DNA of 45,310 nucleotides from a virus (lineage: Duplodnaviria; Caudoviricetes): the IMG/VR virus record IMGVR_UViG_3300037483_000040, positions 1 through 45,310 of that record. One strand, 5' to 3'. Below the pieces are notes generated by a model. That model was given only the letters and a program-made list of their open reading frames with translations, did no database searches and was not told where the DNA came from. Positions 18,234 through 27,779 of the stretch are shown in pieces (positions within the stretch are counted from its first letter, which is position 1; each line of letters starts with the position of its first letter). The translations under genes and the position numbers were made by a program.

Positions 18234-18700
18234 TAGAAGACCTTACCCATCGAGAAGGCGAGAGGAGCAGCACCTTCAGCATCTGAGCCCTCATCGATAG
18301 CAGTCTGAGTAGCTATATCTGTAGGCCAGAAAGCAGGACGTCCTGTAGCGTAATCAGAGACACCTACAGTATCAGACAGAGTGATGGAGCCGTCAGCCAA
18401 CCCGCCCAGGAGAGTTAAAGCTGACGACTCCAAATGCACTCCGTAGCTGTCGACTTCACCGACAGCTTCAGCATGTGATTTGTTGATTGTCCAAGCTGCG
18501 ATGAGCATGGAGATAACAGATCGCACGAGTTCCGGAGTAGTATTAACGTCAATCCATGTCGTAGTGTCATATCGAATGGCGAGAGCGCCAGCAACATGGG
18601 AGAAGGCAGACGACTCGAGAGCAGTGTCAACAGAATCGATAGGATGTCTAGTATCCTGAATCCACTGCTGAATTTCGATATTAGTGACGTGAACTGACAT
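18233..18700 (-). CDS. head-to-tail adaptor (Mu gp36-like)
   Basis: PELVRSV...ALTLLGGLADGSITL pattern; position after the capsid genes. Confidence 0.7.
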   Translation of the reverse strand: MSVHVTNIEIQQWIQDTRHPIDSVDTALESSAFSHVAGALAIRYDTTTWIDVNTTPELVRSVISMLIAAWTINKSHAEAVGEVDSYGVHLESSALTLLGGLADGSITLSDTVGVSDYATGRPAFWPTDIATQTAIDEGSDAEGAAPLAFSMGKVF

Positions 18701-18706
18701 GTTCTA

Positions 18707-19093
18707 TCAGCTCTTCTGGGCAGGCTTCGTCGGCGCGGACGTGGGAGTAGCCTTGGGCTTCTCGACTACAGTTCCTGCAGGAACACCCCGCTGAGGGTCG
18801 AGCGCAGTCTGATCAACAGCACGAGCACCTGTAACCAGATTGCTCTTTGAGGCTGAGGCCGACTCCATGCTAGCAAGCTTGGTCTGAAGCTCCTCGACCT
18901 GCTTACGTAGGTCGTCAACCTCTTGCAGCTGAGCACTCTCCTCAACAGCACCTACATCCCTCAGGCTCTTGAGTTCCTCCTCAGTGAACTTAGAGGTATC
19001 CACCTCGTCGCCCACCTCGAAGTAGTACTGCTCGACACTGCCATCCGCAAGAGCCTTACCATGATCGATATCAGTAACAGCAATAAGGGCCAT
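18707..19093 (-). CDS. hypothetical head-associated protein (Mu gp35-like position)
   Basis: IDHG...YFEVGDEV...LRDVGAV followed by a coiled coil and Pro/Thr tail; AGGAGG SD before the ATG at 19093. Confidence 0.7.
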   Translation of the reverse strand: MALIAVTDIDHGKALADGSVEQYYFEVGDEVDTSKFTEEELKSLRDVGAVEESAQLQEVDDLRKQVEELQTKLASMESASASKSNLVTGARAVDQTALDPQRGVPAGTVVEKPKATPTSAPTKPAQKS

Positions 19094-19109
19094 TTTGTTA
19101 CACCTCCTC

Positions 19110-19328
19110 CTAGGAGTTCTGCCGCCAGACATTCGTCTGTGTACCTGATGTTCTCTTGGCTACTGCTATGCCACCATTCAACGCAACACGCGTGCGGCTG
19201 GAGGTAATGATAGCCAGCACCAAGTTGTTCTGGTCAGTAACCGAAGTTACCTTAGCTGACCTCCAACGAGGCAGCGTATCAAGATACGCCACATTGTCAC
19301 CAACCGCAACACGATATGCGTTAGCCAT
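19110..19328 (-). CDS. small beta-rich protein, probable paralog of 27780-28019
   Basis: TGATG coupling; shares the Y.D...R...AKV.S and TNV pattern with 27780-28019. Confidence 0.65.
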   Translation of the reverse strand: MANAYRVAVGDNVAYLDTLPRWRSAKVTSVTDQNNLVLAIITSSRTRVALNGGIAVAKRTSGTQTNVWRQNS

Positions 19329-19549
19329 CAGGGGTTAGTAGTCCCTCGTGCAAGTGCAGCATTGCCCCATAGCATAACCTCTTCGAGATGCGTGATAGCC
19401 AAAGACTTCTCACGCCCCTCAGGCAACTTCTCATTCAGGAAGTTAGCGAGGTAAAGGCAGTTAGCACGAACCGACGCATGATCATTCTGCTTCTCTTCAG
19501 TAGTAGCAGGATGAAAAGCAAATCGGTTCTCAAGGTCAGAGGTCTGCAT
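19328..19549 (-). CDS. Acb2/Tad1-like helical-hairpin protein (putative nucleotide-signal sponge)
   Basis: NRFAFH...PEGREKSLAITHLEEVMLWGNAALAR matches the Acb2/Tad1 hairpin-family consensus as I recall it. Confidence 0.65.
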   Translation of the reverse strand: MQTSDLENRFAFHPATTEEKQNDHASVRANCLYLANFLNEKLPEGREKSLAITHLEEVMLWGNAALARGTTNP

Positions 19550-20529
19550 TAGGCAACAGCAGCCTTGATCAGGTAACCCGCGATCTGCTTAGCAGAAGCA
19601 TCCTGAGCCACCATCTTGAGGTCATATCGACGAGAGCAACGGATCACATCAGACTTCCGCTTCTCCTCACGCCAACGCTCGATCACCTGAGGACGGGAAC
19701 CTCCATAGCCCCAAACGAACTCATACCCAAAGGCAGGAATCTTGAGGCCAGCACGCAGAGGCACGTAAGCAAGGATCACGTCCTTGCCCCACAGGTACCC
19801 GAGAGCAGCAGTTTGACCAGGATTAGCAGAGTTGTAACCTACACCAGGGACGATGATGTTACCGACACCGAAGAGAGCAGCCATGATATCGGAGGTGATG
19901 ATACCACGCTCCGAGTACTTGATGCGCTCGATGAAGTCCGGATGATCCTCGAGGATCGACATCACCTGGTAAGGGAAGATACCCAGGTTAGGCTCGAAGA
20001 ACAGCCCCGAGTGAATCTTCCGTCGACCAGTCTTGACCTGACCAATAGGATCCGAGTTCACATAGTCAGACCACTGTGACGTACCAGAATCAGTCACGGT
20101 GTAGCCCGAAGCATAGTTAGCAGCGGTAGTCGCCTGAGTCATCATAGCGATCTCACGCGCAAGCATGATCTTCGACGTCACGAGCTCCGTGCCGTCACGA
20201 TCAGGCGCGAGGCCACTATCGACGTTCTCACGCTCCTCATCCGTAACAGGGATCTGAAGCGCGTGCTCCTTGGCAAAGTAGGTGTCAGTAGACAGCTCAA
20301 GGCCAGGGATCTCATTTGCCTCAGTACCAGGAGCACGGAAGTCGCCACCAGGCTCAATGCCCCATGCCTCACGACCGAACACATAGTACTTATCGGACTG
20401 CTTCTTGACAGGAACCTGAGGATACAGCACATTGCCAACGAGGCCGTTGTTAGGCCAAGCAACGCTGATATTCGACAGGATGATATCGAGGTGGGTATTA
20501 CCACCAAGCTGCGGATCATAAACGCCCAT
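19549..20529 (-). CDS. major capsid protein (HK97 fold, lambda gpE-like)
   Basis: 326 aa with RAPGTEA, QWSD..SDPI and LWGKDVILAYV motifs; GGAGGAGG SD. Confidence 0.92.
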   Translation of the reverse strand: MGVYDPQLGGNTHLDIILSNISVAWPNNGLVGNVLYPQVPVKKQSDKYYVFGREAWGIEPGGDFRAPGTEANEIPGLELSTDTYFAKEHALQIPVTDEERENVDSGLAPDRDGTELVTSKIMLAREIAMMTQATTAANYASGYTVTDSGTSQWSDYVNSDPIGQVKTGRRKIHSGLFFEPNLGIFPYQVMSILEDHPDFIERIKYSERGIITSDIMAALFGVGNIIVPGVGYNSANPGQTAALGYLWGKDVILAYVPLRAGLKIPAFGYEFVWGYGGSRPQVIERWREEKRKSDVIRCSRRYDLKMVAQDASAKQIAGYLIKAAVA

Positions 20530-20546
20530 ATCTCACCTCCTCCTAA

Positions 20547-20954
20547 TCAGCTAACGGCCGTATTGACAGTAACACCTGGCGTGAGCAAGACGTCGAAGTG
20601 ATCACCATCAGCAGCAGAGGACATCATGGTGATGCCCACAACGTTGTCGACAGTACCAGCAGTACCCGACAGAGCCACAACCTTACCAGAAGCAGCAGCA
20701 CGAACGCGCGTACCACGAGTGATAGCAGCGCCTGCAACGCATCGAGCAATACCGCTAAGGCGCACATCGATGATGCGACCCTTAGTGACATCAGCTGCAG
20801 TCGCAGCCTCCTGGGCAACACCCAGAGGAGCATCATTCAGCGTAGTCACAGCAGTACACGTCTGATCAGCAGTGCCATGCTTCACAACGAGGAACTTGGT
20901 AACAGCCGTCTGAACCTGGAAACCCTTATCCAGACCGTAGTTCATACCAGGCAT
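20547..20954 (-). CDS. capsid decoration / cement protein (DUF2190-like)
   Basis: GVAQEAA...GIARCVAGAAITRG..V...GKVV pattern; upstream of the major capsid gene. Confidence 0.8.
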   Translation of the reverse strand: MPGMNYGLDKGFQVQTAVTKFLVVKHGTADQTCTAVTTLNDAPLGVAQEAATAADVTKGRIIDVRLSGIARCVAGAAITRGTRVRAAASGKVVALSGTAGTVDNVVGITMMSSAADGDHFDVLLTPGVTVNTAVS

Positions 20955-22129
20955 CAGACACCACCCTGCGTCAGCTGAGCGGCGCGATACTGATTGTAGA
21001 GATCAGGATGCATCGCAGCTGCCTTCTCGACCGCATCGATGTAGCTGATCTTGCCATCGTTGGTCTGCTTGTCAACAAGCTCACTGAACTGCTTAACCAC
21101 ATCGCCACTGCCAGCAGCAGGGTCGGTTCGGGAGCCACCGCGCTCGCCCAGCTCGATCAGGCCACCATCGAGAATCTCCTTCAGGAGACCCATAAAGGCG
21201 TTGCCCCTATCTTCGCTGAGCTGCACAGTTAGCTGCTGAGCCTTATTCACAACTGCAGGAGACAGCGCGAACTTCTTACCCTCAGTCAGCTGCAGAAAGC
21301 CGAGCTTGACCTCTGAGAGCCGACGAGCAGCTGCCTGCTCATTGAGCTGCTTCTGCATAGCAGCTACAGTCTCAGTGAGCTGTACCACCTGGGAGTTCTG
21401 CTCCGATGCCAGAACAGGCTCGGGCTTGGCAGGAGTAGCGGGGGGAGTCCCACCAGTGCCCGCATTATCACCATCGCCCGGAGGACTCGCAGGAGGATCA
21501 GTCGGAGGGGCCTCACCCTTGGAAGCGAGCTCAGTGAGCTTCGCCTCCACGGCCTCATCCGTCGCATCCTCAGGGAGACCGAGCATCTGGCGAAGCTTCT
21601 TCGGATCCACTACGGGACCTCCTTCGCTAGCACGGATCACCTCATGGAGGTTAATTGGCTGAATGTCCTTCAGGAAAGGACGATTCGTGATAGCACCACC
21701 GAGTAGCACGTTCTCAAACGTACCGTTCTGTGGATGCTCCCACTCATCGACGAACTCAGGACTGAAGTACTTATACTCACCGTCCTTCAGGCTCTTGATC
21801 GCCGGAGGGGTCCATCTCACAAGTCCCCATAACCCATCAAAGCCACGGTCCTGGACATCTTGTATCCAACCCGCGGCTTTGCCTGTATGTTGCTTGTGAT
21901 CGTAATCAACATCCAAAGGGATTCCTCGGATGTTCTGACGGAAATTATCTACGAACTTCTGAACCTTATTAGGGGTTATACTGATCTGACCATGCATCTG
22001 ATGACTGTATTCACCCAGAGGCATTAGTTGGATCCAGGAACTCTCGGTAGCATCATCAAACTTAATGCCCGAGACATCTGTGATATACCCATAGTGGGCA
22101 GTCTTTGTGGAGGTTCCTTGTGTACCCAT
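20954..22129 (-). CDS. prohead protease/scaffold (Mu gpI-like)
   Basis: WIQLMPLG, DYDH, KAAGWI, YKYFSPEF and AITNRPF motifs; helical scaffold C-terminus. Start placed after the internal promoter. Confidence 0.9.
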   Translation of the reverse strand: MGTQGTSTKTAHYGYITDVSGIKFDDATESSWIQLMPLGEYSHQMHGQISITPNKVQKFVDNFRQNIRGIPLDVDYDHKQHTGKAAGWIQDVQDRGFDGLWGLVRWTPPAIKSLKDGEYKYFSPEFVDEWEHPQNGTFENVLLGGAITNRPFLKDIQPINLHEVIRASEGGPVVDPKKLRQMLGLPEDATDEAVEAKLTELASKGEAPPTDPPASPPGDGDNAGTGGTPPATPAKPEPVLASEQNSQVVQLTETVAAMQKQLNEQAAARRLSEVKLGFLQLTEGKKFALSPAVVNKAQQLTVQLSEDRGNAFMGLLKEILDGGLIELGERGGSRTDPAAGSGDVVKQFSELVDKQTNDGKISYIDAVEKAAAMHPDLYNQYRAAQLTQGGV

Positions 22130-22142
22130 GGCTCTCATCTTG

Positions 22143-22182
22143 ATTATATAGTGCCTCAACGATGAAGTCACGAGGACTTCAT
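22143..22182 (-). promoter_or_regulatory. internal late promoter GTGACT-N17-TATAAT overlapped by an 8-bp inverted repeat
   Basis: -10 at 22148-22143 and -35 at 22171-22166; IR ATGAAGTC-N5-GACTTCAT at 22162-22182. Confidence 0.6.
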
Positions 22183-22189
22183 GTGATTG

Positions 22190-23758
22190 TTAAACACCGC
22201 CTGACATGTCTTGACCCACATTACCGTTGTTACCTACCCCTTGAGCCTGCTGCTTCATGTTACCTGCAGTAGACTGCCTAGGACCTCCAGCAACACTGAA
22301 GCCAACACCGCCATTTAGGTGAGCCGTATCAGCTGCTGCACCGCCCTTACCAGGCCTGCTATCGGGCTTACCATCAGGAATCTGTCCAGGTTGCTGAGGC
22401 GCAATGATAATCCGCTGTGTAGTCGGGTCAGCTCGAGGCAGATCGAGCTCATCGCGAACCCACTTCTCGATAACGTCATCAGGAATGATGATACCAGACC
22501 CTACGAAGTTACGAATTGCGAACGATATCGTTCGCCAGTCGACTGTATCGCCGATTCTACGCACACGGAGCTCAGGATACTCGTCAACCTCGCCCCAATT
22601 CCACTGGACGAGTTGTGGAATACAGTACTTGTTGAACACATCTCGTACGGTATCTGCAATATATCGTGTAGCCTTCAGGAACAGTTGCTGCTGTTCCTCT
22701 TGAGAGGTACCTGCAGGAGAGTTTAGGAACTGTCCTAGGATGTTCCTTGCGATCAAAAGATCATGATGTTCTGCAGAAGCAAGAGCATTTACAGGCTGGC
22801 CCTCTAGCTTAAGGAACGATATCTCCCACATAGGAGGCACGATGACGTGTGCCTTCTCATTGGTTCGCAGGTTTCTACCGATCTCTTCAGCAAGAGCTAG
22901 ATCAGCAGGCGTATAGTTCGGAGGCAGTACGATCAGTGGGATACCAATACCATGACGTTCCTTCTGAACGGCATCGATCTTGTAGAAGTTCTCCTTATAG
23001 AACCAGTGCTTATAAGCAGATCGAAGGACAGAAGTACCAGTGACGTTACCAGCTTCCATCTCATAACTGAAGACGGCGGCCTTCCAAATAGGGATTTCGA
23101 TCTCCTCCCCACCCATAGGAGGAGTCATACAAAAGCCATTCAGTCCGCCATTAGCATCGAACTTCCACTGATAGATATCCAATGGATGTCTAGGAGCGAA
23201 CTTCTGCCAGATAACCTTACCATCTTTAAGGGTGAACACCTTCTCAAATGCATAGTGACCATAGTCAAGCATGAGGAGGATCTCAGTCAGAAGTTGATTC
23301 CACGAAGTAGTCATCCACTTGAATAGATTGTCCTCAACAAACGTAGCGATCTTTCGATCAGCCTTCTTGTCCGTTCCAGCTTCGACATACCATCGAGCAG
23401 CAAGAACAGGAGTCTTGACTAGTCTGAGTGTGGCACGAACCTGTCCATCAGACTTCCTCATACGGTCGAAGACATTCAACCCAGCCTGGCCGCGCAACTC
23501 AGGATTGTAGTCATCACGAACCATGAAGTTGTAGTTCGTCTGACCTGTTGTACCAAGCTCACGAAAGTTAGGACGTGTAGGACTACTATCCAGAATGGGA
23601 TAGTCGGAGGCTTTAACGATAAGACCCCCATTACCGCGTACCTCTACACCCTCAATCGGAGTGTAACGCTTGACGAGTTCATCATACGTCATTGTGAGTT
23701 GACGCAGCGCGGTCCCTGTCTCCGACAGGGACACCACAGGGTCGGGGATAGTATTCAT
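22190..23758 (-). CDS. portal protein (Mu gp29/DUF935-like)
   Basis: LDYGHYAFEKV, GTSVLRSAY..W..K, ERHGIGIP and IARNILGQ motifs. Confidence 0.92.
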   Translation of the reverse strand: MNTIPDPVVSLSETGTALRQLTMTYDELVKRYTPIEGVEVRGNGGLIVKASDYPILDSSPTRPNFRELGTTGQTNYNFMVRDDYNPELRGQAGLNVFDRMRKSDGQVRATLRLVKTPVLAARWYVEAGTDKKADRKIATFVEDNLFKWMTTSWNQLLTEILLMLDYGHYAFEKVFTLKDGKVIWQKFAPRHPLDIYQWKFDANGGLNGFCMTPPMGGEEIEIPIWKAAVFSYEMEAGNVTGTSVLRSAYKHWFYKENFYKIDAVQKERHGIGIPLIVLPPNYTPADLALAEEIGRNLRTNEKAHVIVPPMWEISFLKLEGQPVNALASAEHHDLLIARNILGQFLNSPAGTSQEEQQQLFLKATRYIADTVRDVFNKYCIPQLVQWNWGEVDEYPELRVRRIGDTVDWRTISFAIRNFVGSGIIIPDDVIEKWVRDELDLPRADPTTQRIIIAPQQPGQIPDGKPDSRPGKGGAAADTAHLNGGVGFSVAGGPRQSTAGNMKQQAQGVGNNGNVGQDMSGGV

Positions 23759-25167
23759 CAGAACTCCTTAGTCATCACGAAGATACCCCGCTCAGACCTA
23801 TCGAGGTTTCCCAATCCTGTGAGCCCGTTGACAGCAGCCACATCAGTAAGATGTGAATTAGCACCCAAGTCGTAAATATGGACAAGAGCGTAACGCAGAG
23901 CATCCAGAGCATGGTCATCGATGCCCTGAGCAATCTCGCGAGGATTGTGACCTGCTGTTCCTGCTTTTGCACGGTAGTTCCCGAACTCTCTGATCGTGTT
24001 TATACATGAGGGATCCACAAACAGCCTCGGTGCACATAGAGGAGTCCCATACTCATCTATCTCACCGATCTGCTGAAGACGGAGGAATCCCTTAACACGA
24101 TCTACACCTGCACGCCAGTTAGTCTTGGAATCTGGACTTGCGATACAAGGTGCGAAGTTCTGAGTAACGTATGCAGCAGCCTCAGGATCTGCTGCATCAC
24201 CAAATGTACAATCGATCTTGTAACCTGCAGGTTGCTTTCTCTCACGGAGGATCTTTACATGCTCTGAGAGTAGTTCGTATGACTTGTAATGCTCTCGCCA
24301 TATATAGACATTGTCCCAAGGATCGATCTGGAACTCAATAGCAGCCAAAGGGTTGACGAAGCCCCAGTCGAAGGCGATGTAGTTCTTCCAGGCAGGGTTA
24401 TATAGGTGCTGCTTAACGTGTGTCGTCTCGTCGAACTCACCATAGATACGGCCGACGAATGACGAGAAGTCAGCTCCAATCTCCTGCATGAACCACTCTT
24501 CAGTGGTTGTCTTCTCAAGCAGAAGGATCTCTGGGTCCTGTCTTCCTCCAGGGAAGACAATGGGATTATCCCAGCTAGGGAATCGCCACGAGGCGAATTC
24601 CTCTTCACCCTTCATGCCGAGAAGCCAGAGATCATAGTACCAGTTCCTACCCTCAGGCGTTGTGGGGAATGTAGCCCATCCACGCCTATCAGCAAGAGCA
24701 GGACGAATATATCTCTCCCAAGTGACCTTGGAGTGCTTAGCTGCCTCAGACATAATAGCACCTGATAGACCCTCACCAACAAGAGTCTCAGGATGAGTAG
24801 CAGAGCGTACTTCGAGTCGGGTACCCCATGGGAACTCTATGTACATGTCACCACTACGCTTGTTGTATGCCTTCTTAATTCGCTTATCTCTACCAAGCTG
24901 CTGTCTGATGATCAGGTCATCCCAGACAACACGGAACTCTTTCTCACCAAGATCGTAGGTAGGACCTACGATCCAGTAATAAGCCTTCTCACGCCTGAAT
25001 AGCTGTGGCTCGAGATCTTTCCCAGCCATAGTACTCTTGCCAAAGCGACGCCCACAACAAGGAAAACGGAAGCGTGCAGGTGATAGATGGAAGTGCCACT
25101 GAGCAGCTGAATGAGGTTTGTACTCGATGCGCTCAAAGAAGCGACTCTTATCAACAATTGCTGTCAC
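23758..25167 (-). CDS. terminase large subunit
   Basis: Walker A-like CGRRFGKS, Walker B-like IMSEAA, TTPEGRNWYY, nuclease FDWG and DHALDALRY. Confidence 0.96.
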   Translation of the reverse strand: MTAIVDKSRFFERIEYKPHSAAQWHFHLSPARFRFPCCGRRFGKSTMAGKDLEPQLFRREKAYYWIVGPTYDLGEKEFRVVWDDLIIRQQLGRDKRIKKAYNKRSGDMYIEFPWGTRLEVRSATHPETLVGEGLSGAIMSEAAKHSKVTWERYIRPALADRRGWATFPTTPEGRNWYYDLWLLGMKGEEEFASWRFPSWDNPIVFPGGRQDPEILLLEKTTTEEWFMQEIGADFSSFVGRIYGEFDETTHVKQHLYNPAWKNYIAFDWGFVNPLAAIEFQIDPWDNVYIWREHYKSYELLSEHVKILRERKQPAGYKIDCTFGDAADPEAAAYVTQNFAPCIASPDSKTNWRAGVDRVKGFLRLQQIGEIDEYGTPLCAPRLFVDPSCINTIREFGNYRAKAGTAGHNPREIAQGIDDHALDALRYALVHIYDLGANSHLTDVAAVNGLTGLGNLDRSERGIFVMTKEF

Positions 25168-25823
25168 AGTGATGCGACCTCGACACCGATCATGGATGTC
25201 TTCTGTCCTGTAGGAGCACTTAGACCAGGAGTTTTAGCACCAGCTGCGCCAGTATTAGACCAGTTAGCTGCATATACCGTATAGGTACCCGAGTTGAACG
25301 AGTACACTACTTCATCAGCAGCTACGTTAACGGTACGCCAAGTGCGAGCACCACTCAGAGCGTTCCAGTCAGCTTGCAGGAAGGCCAACATAGAGCCCGC
25401 AGCAGTAGTTGTAAGTGAAAGACTAGGAGCCTCAGTAGTGTTTGTCTCTTTGGCTGAAGTACCATAGGCACCATTTCGGTATACAAACACTACGAAACCT
25501 GAGTGAGCATGACAAACACAGGCTACGCTCAATGAGGAATCAGTAGTGACAGGAGCAGTCCAGCCACCACTCCAGCAGTTGCTAGCTGTGGCATTAGTCT
25601 GTCTGGATGTATACGTGAGCCCTCCACCTGAGGGAGTACCCACAGTGAAACCTGAGTCCTCTCCAGCACCCAAAACAACTAGGAAATCACCATTTAGTAC
25701 AGAGATACCTGTGATAGTCTTGGTCGCAGGATTACCTTCATCACCCCATGTTGATGCAGTAGCTGATACCAGTTGGAGAGTAGCAGCTACAGCAAACCGA
25801 TGAGGCCTCAGGATCATACTCAC
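25164..25823 (-). CDS. virion structural protein (Thr/Ser/Gly-rich, beta)
   Basis: Composition and coupling within the late operon. Confidence 0.65.
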   Translation of the reverse strand: MSMILRPHRFAVAATLQLVSATASTWGDEGNPATKTITGISVLNGDFLVVLGAGEDSGFTVGTPSGGGLTYTSRQTNATASNCWSGGWTAPVTTDSSLSVACVCHAHSGFVVFVYRNGAYGTSAKETNTTEAPSLSLTTTAAGSMLAFLQADWNALSGARTWRTVNVAADEVVYSFNSGTYTVYAANWSNTGAAGAKTPGLSAPTGQKTSMIGVEVASL

Positions 25824-26197
25824 GGGAAGGTCCTATATCCAAGGAACCAGAGCTTGAGACCTTTAGTTCCTGTACCTGCAGTATCTATATCAACAGTAAC
25901 TTCAGAGTCATCAGTCATAGCCGATGTAGAGATAACAGCAGTAGTCGCAGCAGTAACCGACGTCTTCTCACTCACATCGATCGTCAACGTCGTGCTGAAG
26001 ATTGATGCACCGCCTTGATTCACATCAACTGCAGGATTACCTGAAGATGAAACTGTATTCACATTCGCCCGTACAGACGTCAGCGTAAAGGCGAAAGGCC
26101 ATCTGAACGTAACCTTAGCAGTGCCAGTAGTGAGAGCTGTCGTCTCATCGGAGACTGCGATTCCAATCTCCACAGGGAGTAAGGGCTTGTGTGCCAT
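25820..26197 (-). CDS. virion structural protein (fibre/decoration-like beta domain)
   Basis: AVSDETTALTTGTAKVTFR...DIDTAGTGTKGLK is a pattern seen in phage fibre C-termini. Confidence 0.65.
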   Translation of the reverse strand: MAHKPLLPVEIGIAVSDETTALTTGTAKVTFRWPFAFTLTSVRANVNTVSSSGNPAVDVNQGGASIFSTTLTIDVSEKTSVTAATTAVISTSAMTDDSEVTVDIDTAGTGTKGLKLWFLGYRTFP

Positions 26198-26199
26198 GA

Positions 26200-26778
26200 T
26201 CAGAGCACGAAGATGTTCGAGCCGTTGGAGCAGAGCGTGACTGATTCATACTGCTGTGAGAGAGCACGAGTTGCGGCTCCATCAATCGTCTCTGAGGCAT
26301 TCGGATCAACAGTTACAGCGTTTGCACCCGAATTGACTCGCTTGATGGTTAGTGTCTTTGTCCACGTGCTAGCAGCATGTAGGGTCACACTGAATGCACC
26401 ACCGGCTGCATCACATAGCAACACATCATCAGAGGTGGTAGAGGTATATGCCGTAGACTTAGTAGCAACAGTAACAGTAACTGTAGCAGTAGGCGTAGCA
26501 TAGCTCTGATCGCCTCTAAGGAACGTCGTGCTATTAGCCGTACCGCTACCGAGATTTGCAGTAGCAACCTTAGAACCTGCATCGAGGCCACAATAGCCAC
26601 TAACTGCACCCTTATTGGTCAGCAGCTCAGTAGCTGAACCTTGAGCTGCTTGCTGCGCACCCGTACCGAGAGTCCTAAGACCAGCAGTACCAGCAACGGG
26701 ATCGATGATGGCTGCACTAATATCTGCACCAACGATTGTCCCATCAACAATCGCATCAGCAGCAGGCTTGTGAGACAT
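26200..26778 (-). CDS. fibre-like virion protein
   Basis: KGAVSGYCGLDAGSKV and TTFLRGD fibre repeats; C-terminal domain shared with 26781-27509. Confidence 0.7.
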   Translation of the reverse strand: MSHKPAADAIVDGTIVGADISAAIIDPVAGTAGLRTLGTGAQQAAQGSATELLTNKGAVSGYCGLDAGSKVATANLGSGTANSTTFLRGDQSYATPTATVTVTVATKSTAYTSTTSDDVLLCDAAGGAFSVTLHAASTWTKTLTIKRVNSGANAVTVDPNASETIDGAATRALSQQYESVTLCSNGSNIFVL

Positions 26779-26780
26779 TT

Positions 26781-27509
26781 CTAGATCACCATCCAGTTTA
26801 CATTGTCAGAGGAGACAGTAACTGACTCCCATTGCATATCCAACAGGTAGGTCGAGGCACCATCGATGCTTTGACTCAAACTTGTAGTCACCGTAACGAT
26901 GTTGGCGCCACTGTTCGCCCTCTTGACAGTGAACTCTAGGCCCGCATTACCCAGTGCAGTAGGCAGAGTCACAGAGAATGCTCCAGCTGAAGCGTCTGCC
27001 TTATGCCTATAAACACTATCACCAGTCAGTAGTGTGGTAGCACCACTTAGCGTAACCCAAGTCTTGTCGCTGCTGCCTCCGCCACTTGGCCAAGCCCAAG
27101 GGACCCATACACCTCCTTGGTATCTCAGACCATTACCTGCAGCAAGACCAGCTAGATTAACATCGCCTAGTGCACTCAATAGCGCTGCAGGACCAAGAGC
27201 CGAAGGTGATACAGCCAACGCTCCTAGCAGTGTCTGAGCACTACTCGTCTTCAGAATCAGAACAGCAGAACGGTTACCCACCTTAACCGAATAGTACGTG
27301 TTCTGTCTCTGAATATCAGCGTTAGCAGGTAAGTCAATCACCAACACGCCGCCAACACCTGTCACGCCCTGAACAGCCTCCACTAGCAAACCACTAATGG
27401 TAAACTCTCTCAGGACATTACCATTCAGGTCCGATAGCCAAGCAGTGACTGGACAGCCTACTAGCGGTGCACCTGAATCATCAAGAGCTGTGATAGTTAG
27501 CTGCGACAT
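26781..27509 (-). CDS. fibre-like virion protein
   Basis: LSALGDVNL...GLRYQGGVWVP fibre motif; C-terminal DASAGAFSVTLP...IDG domain. Confidence 0.7.
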   Translation of the reverse strand: MSQLTITALDDSGAPLVGCPVTAWLSDLNGNVLREFTISGLLVEAVQGVTGVGGVLVIDLPANADIQRQNTYYSVKVGNRSAVLILKTSSAQTLLGALAVSPSALGPAALLSALGDVNLAGLAAGNGLRYQGGVWVPWAWPSGGGSSDKTWVTLSGATTLLTGDSVYRHKADASAGAFSVTLPTALGNAGLEFTVKRANSGANIVTVTTSLSQSIDGASTYLLDMQWESVTVSSDNVNWMVI

Positions 27510-27522
27510 CTATCCGCGCGGC

Positions 27523-27738
27523 TTACTTGGTCCTGGTACCACGACCAGTACGCATACCACTACGACCAGCACCCATCACCTTCGAAGCAGCACCCTTCTG
27601 AGCAGGGCTCTTGCGACCAGTAGCCGCAGTGCTCTTCTTGGCAGGCGTAGCCGCACCACGACTACCCTTCATCGTTTTGCCTGCAGGAACCTTCTTAGCT
27701 GCCATGTCCAACCGGTCCTTGTCTCTAACAAACCCCAC
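27523..27738 (-). CDS. small Lys/Arg/Ala-rich basic protein (may start at the second Met, 27705)
   Basis: MAAKKVPAGKTMKGSRGAATPAKKS...; no acidic residues after residue 11. Confidence 0.6.
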   Translation of the reverse strand: MGFVRDKDRLDMAAKKVPAGKTMKGSRGAATPAKKSTAATGRKSPAQKGAASKVMGAGRSGMRTGRGTRTK

Positions 27739-27779
27739 AGGGTCTTGCGGTGGATTTCTGAACTCAACCAGCGTGATCG

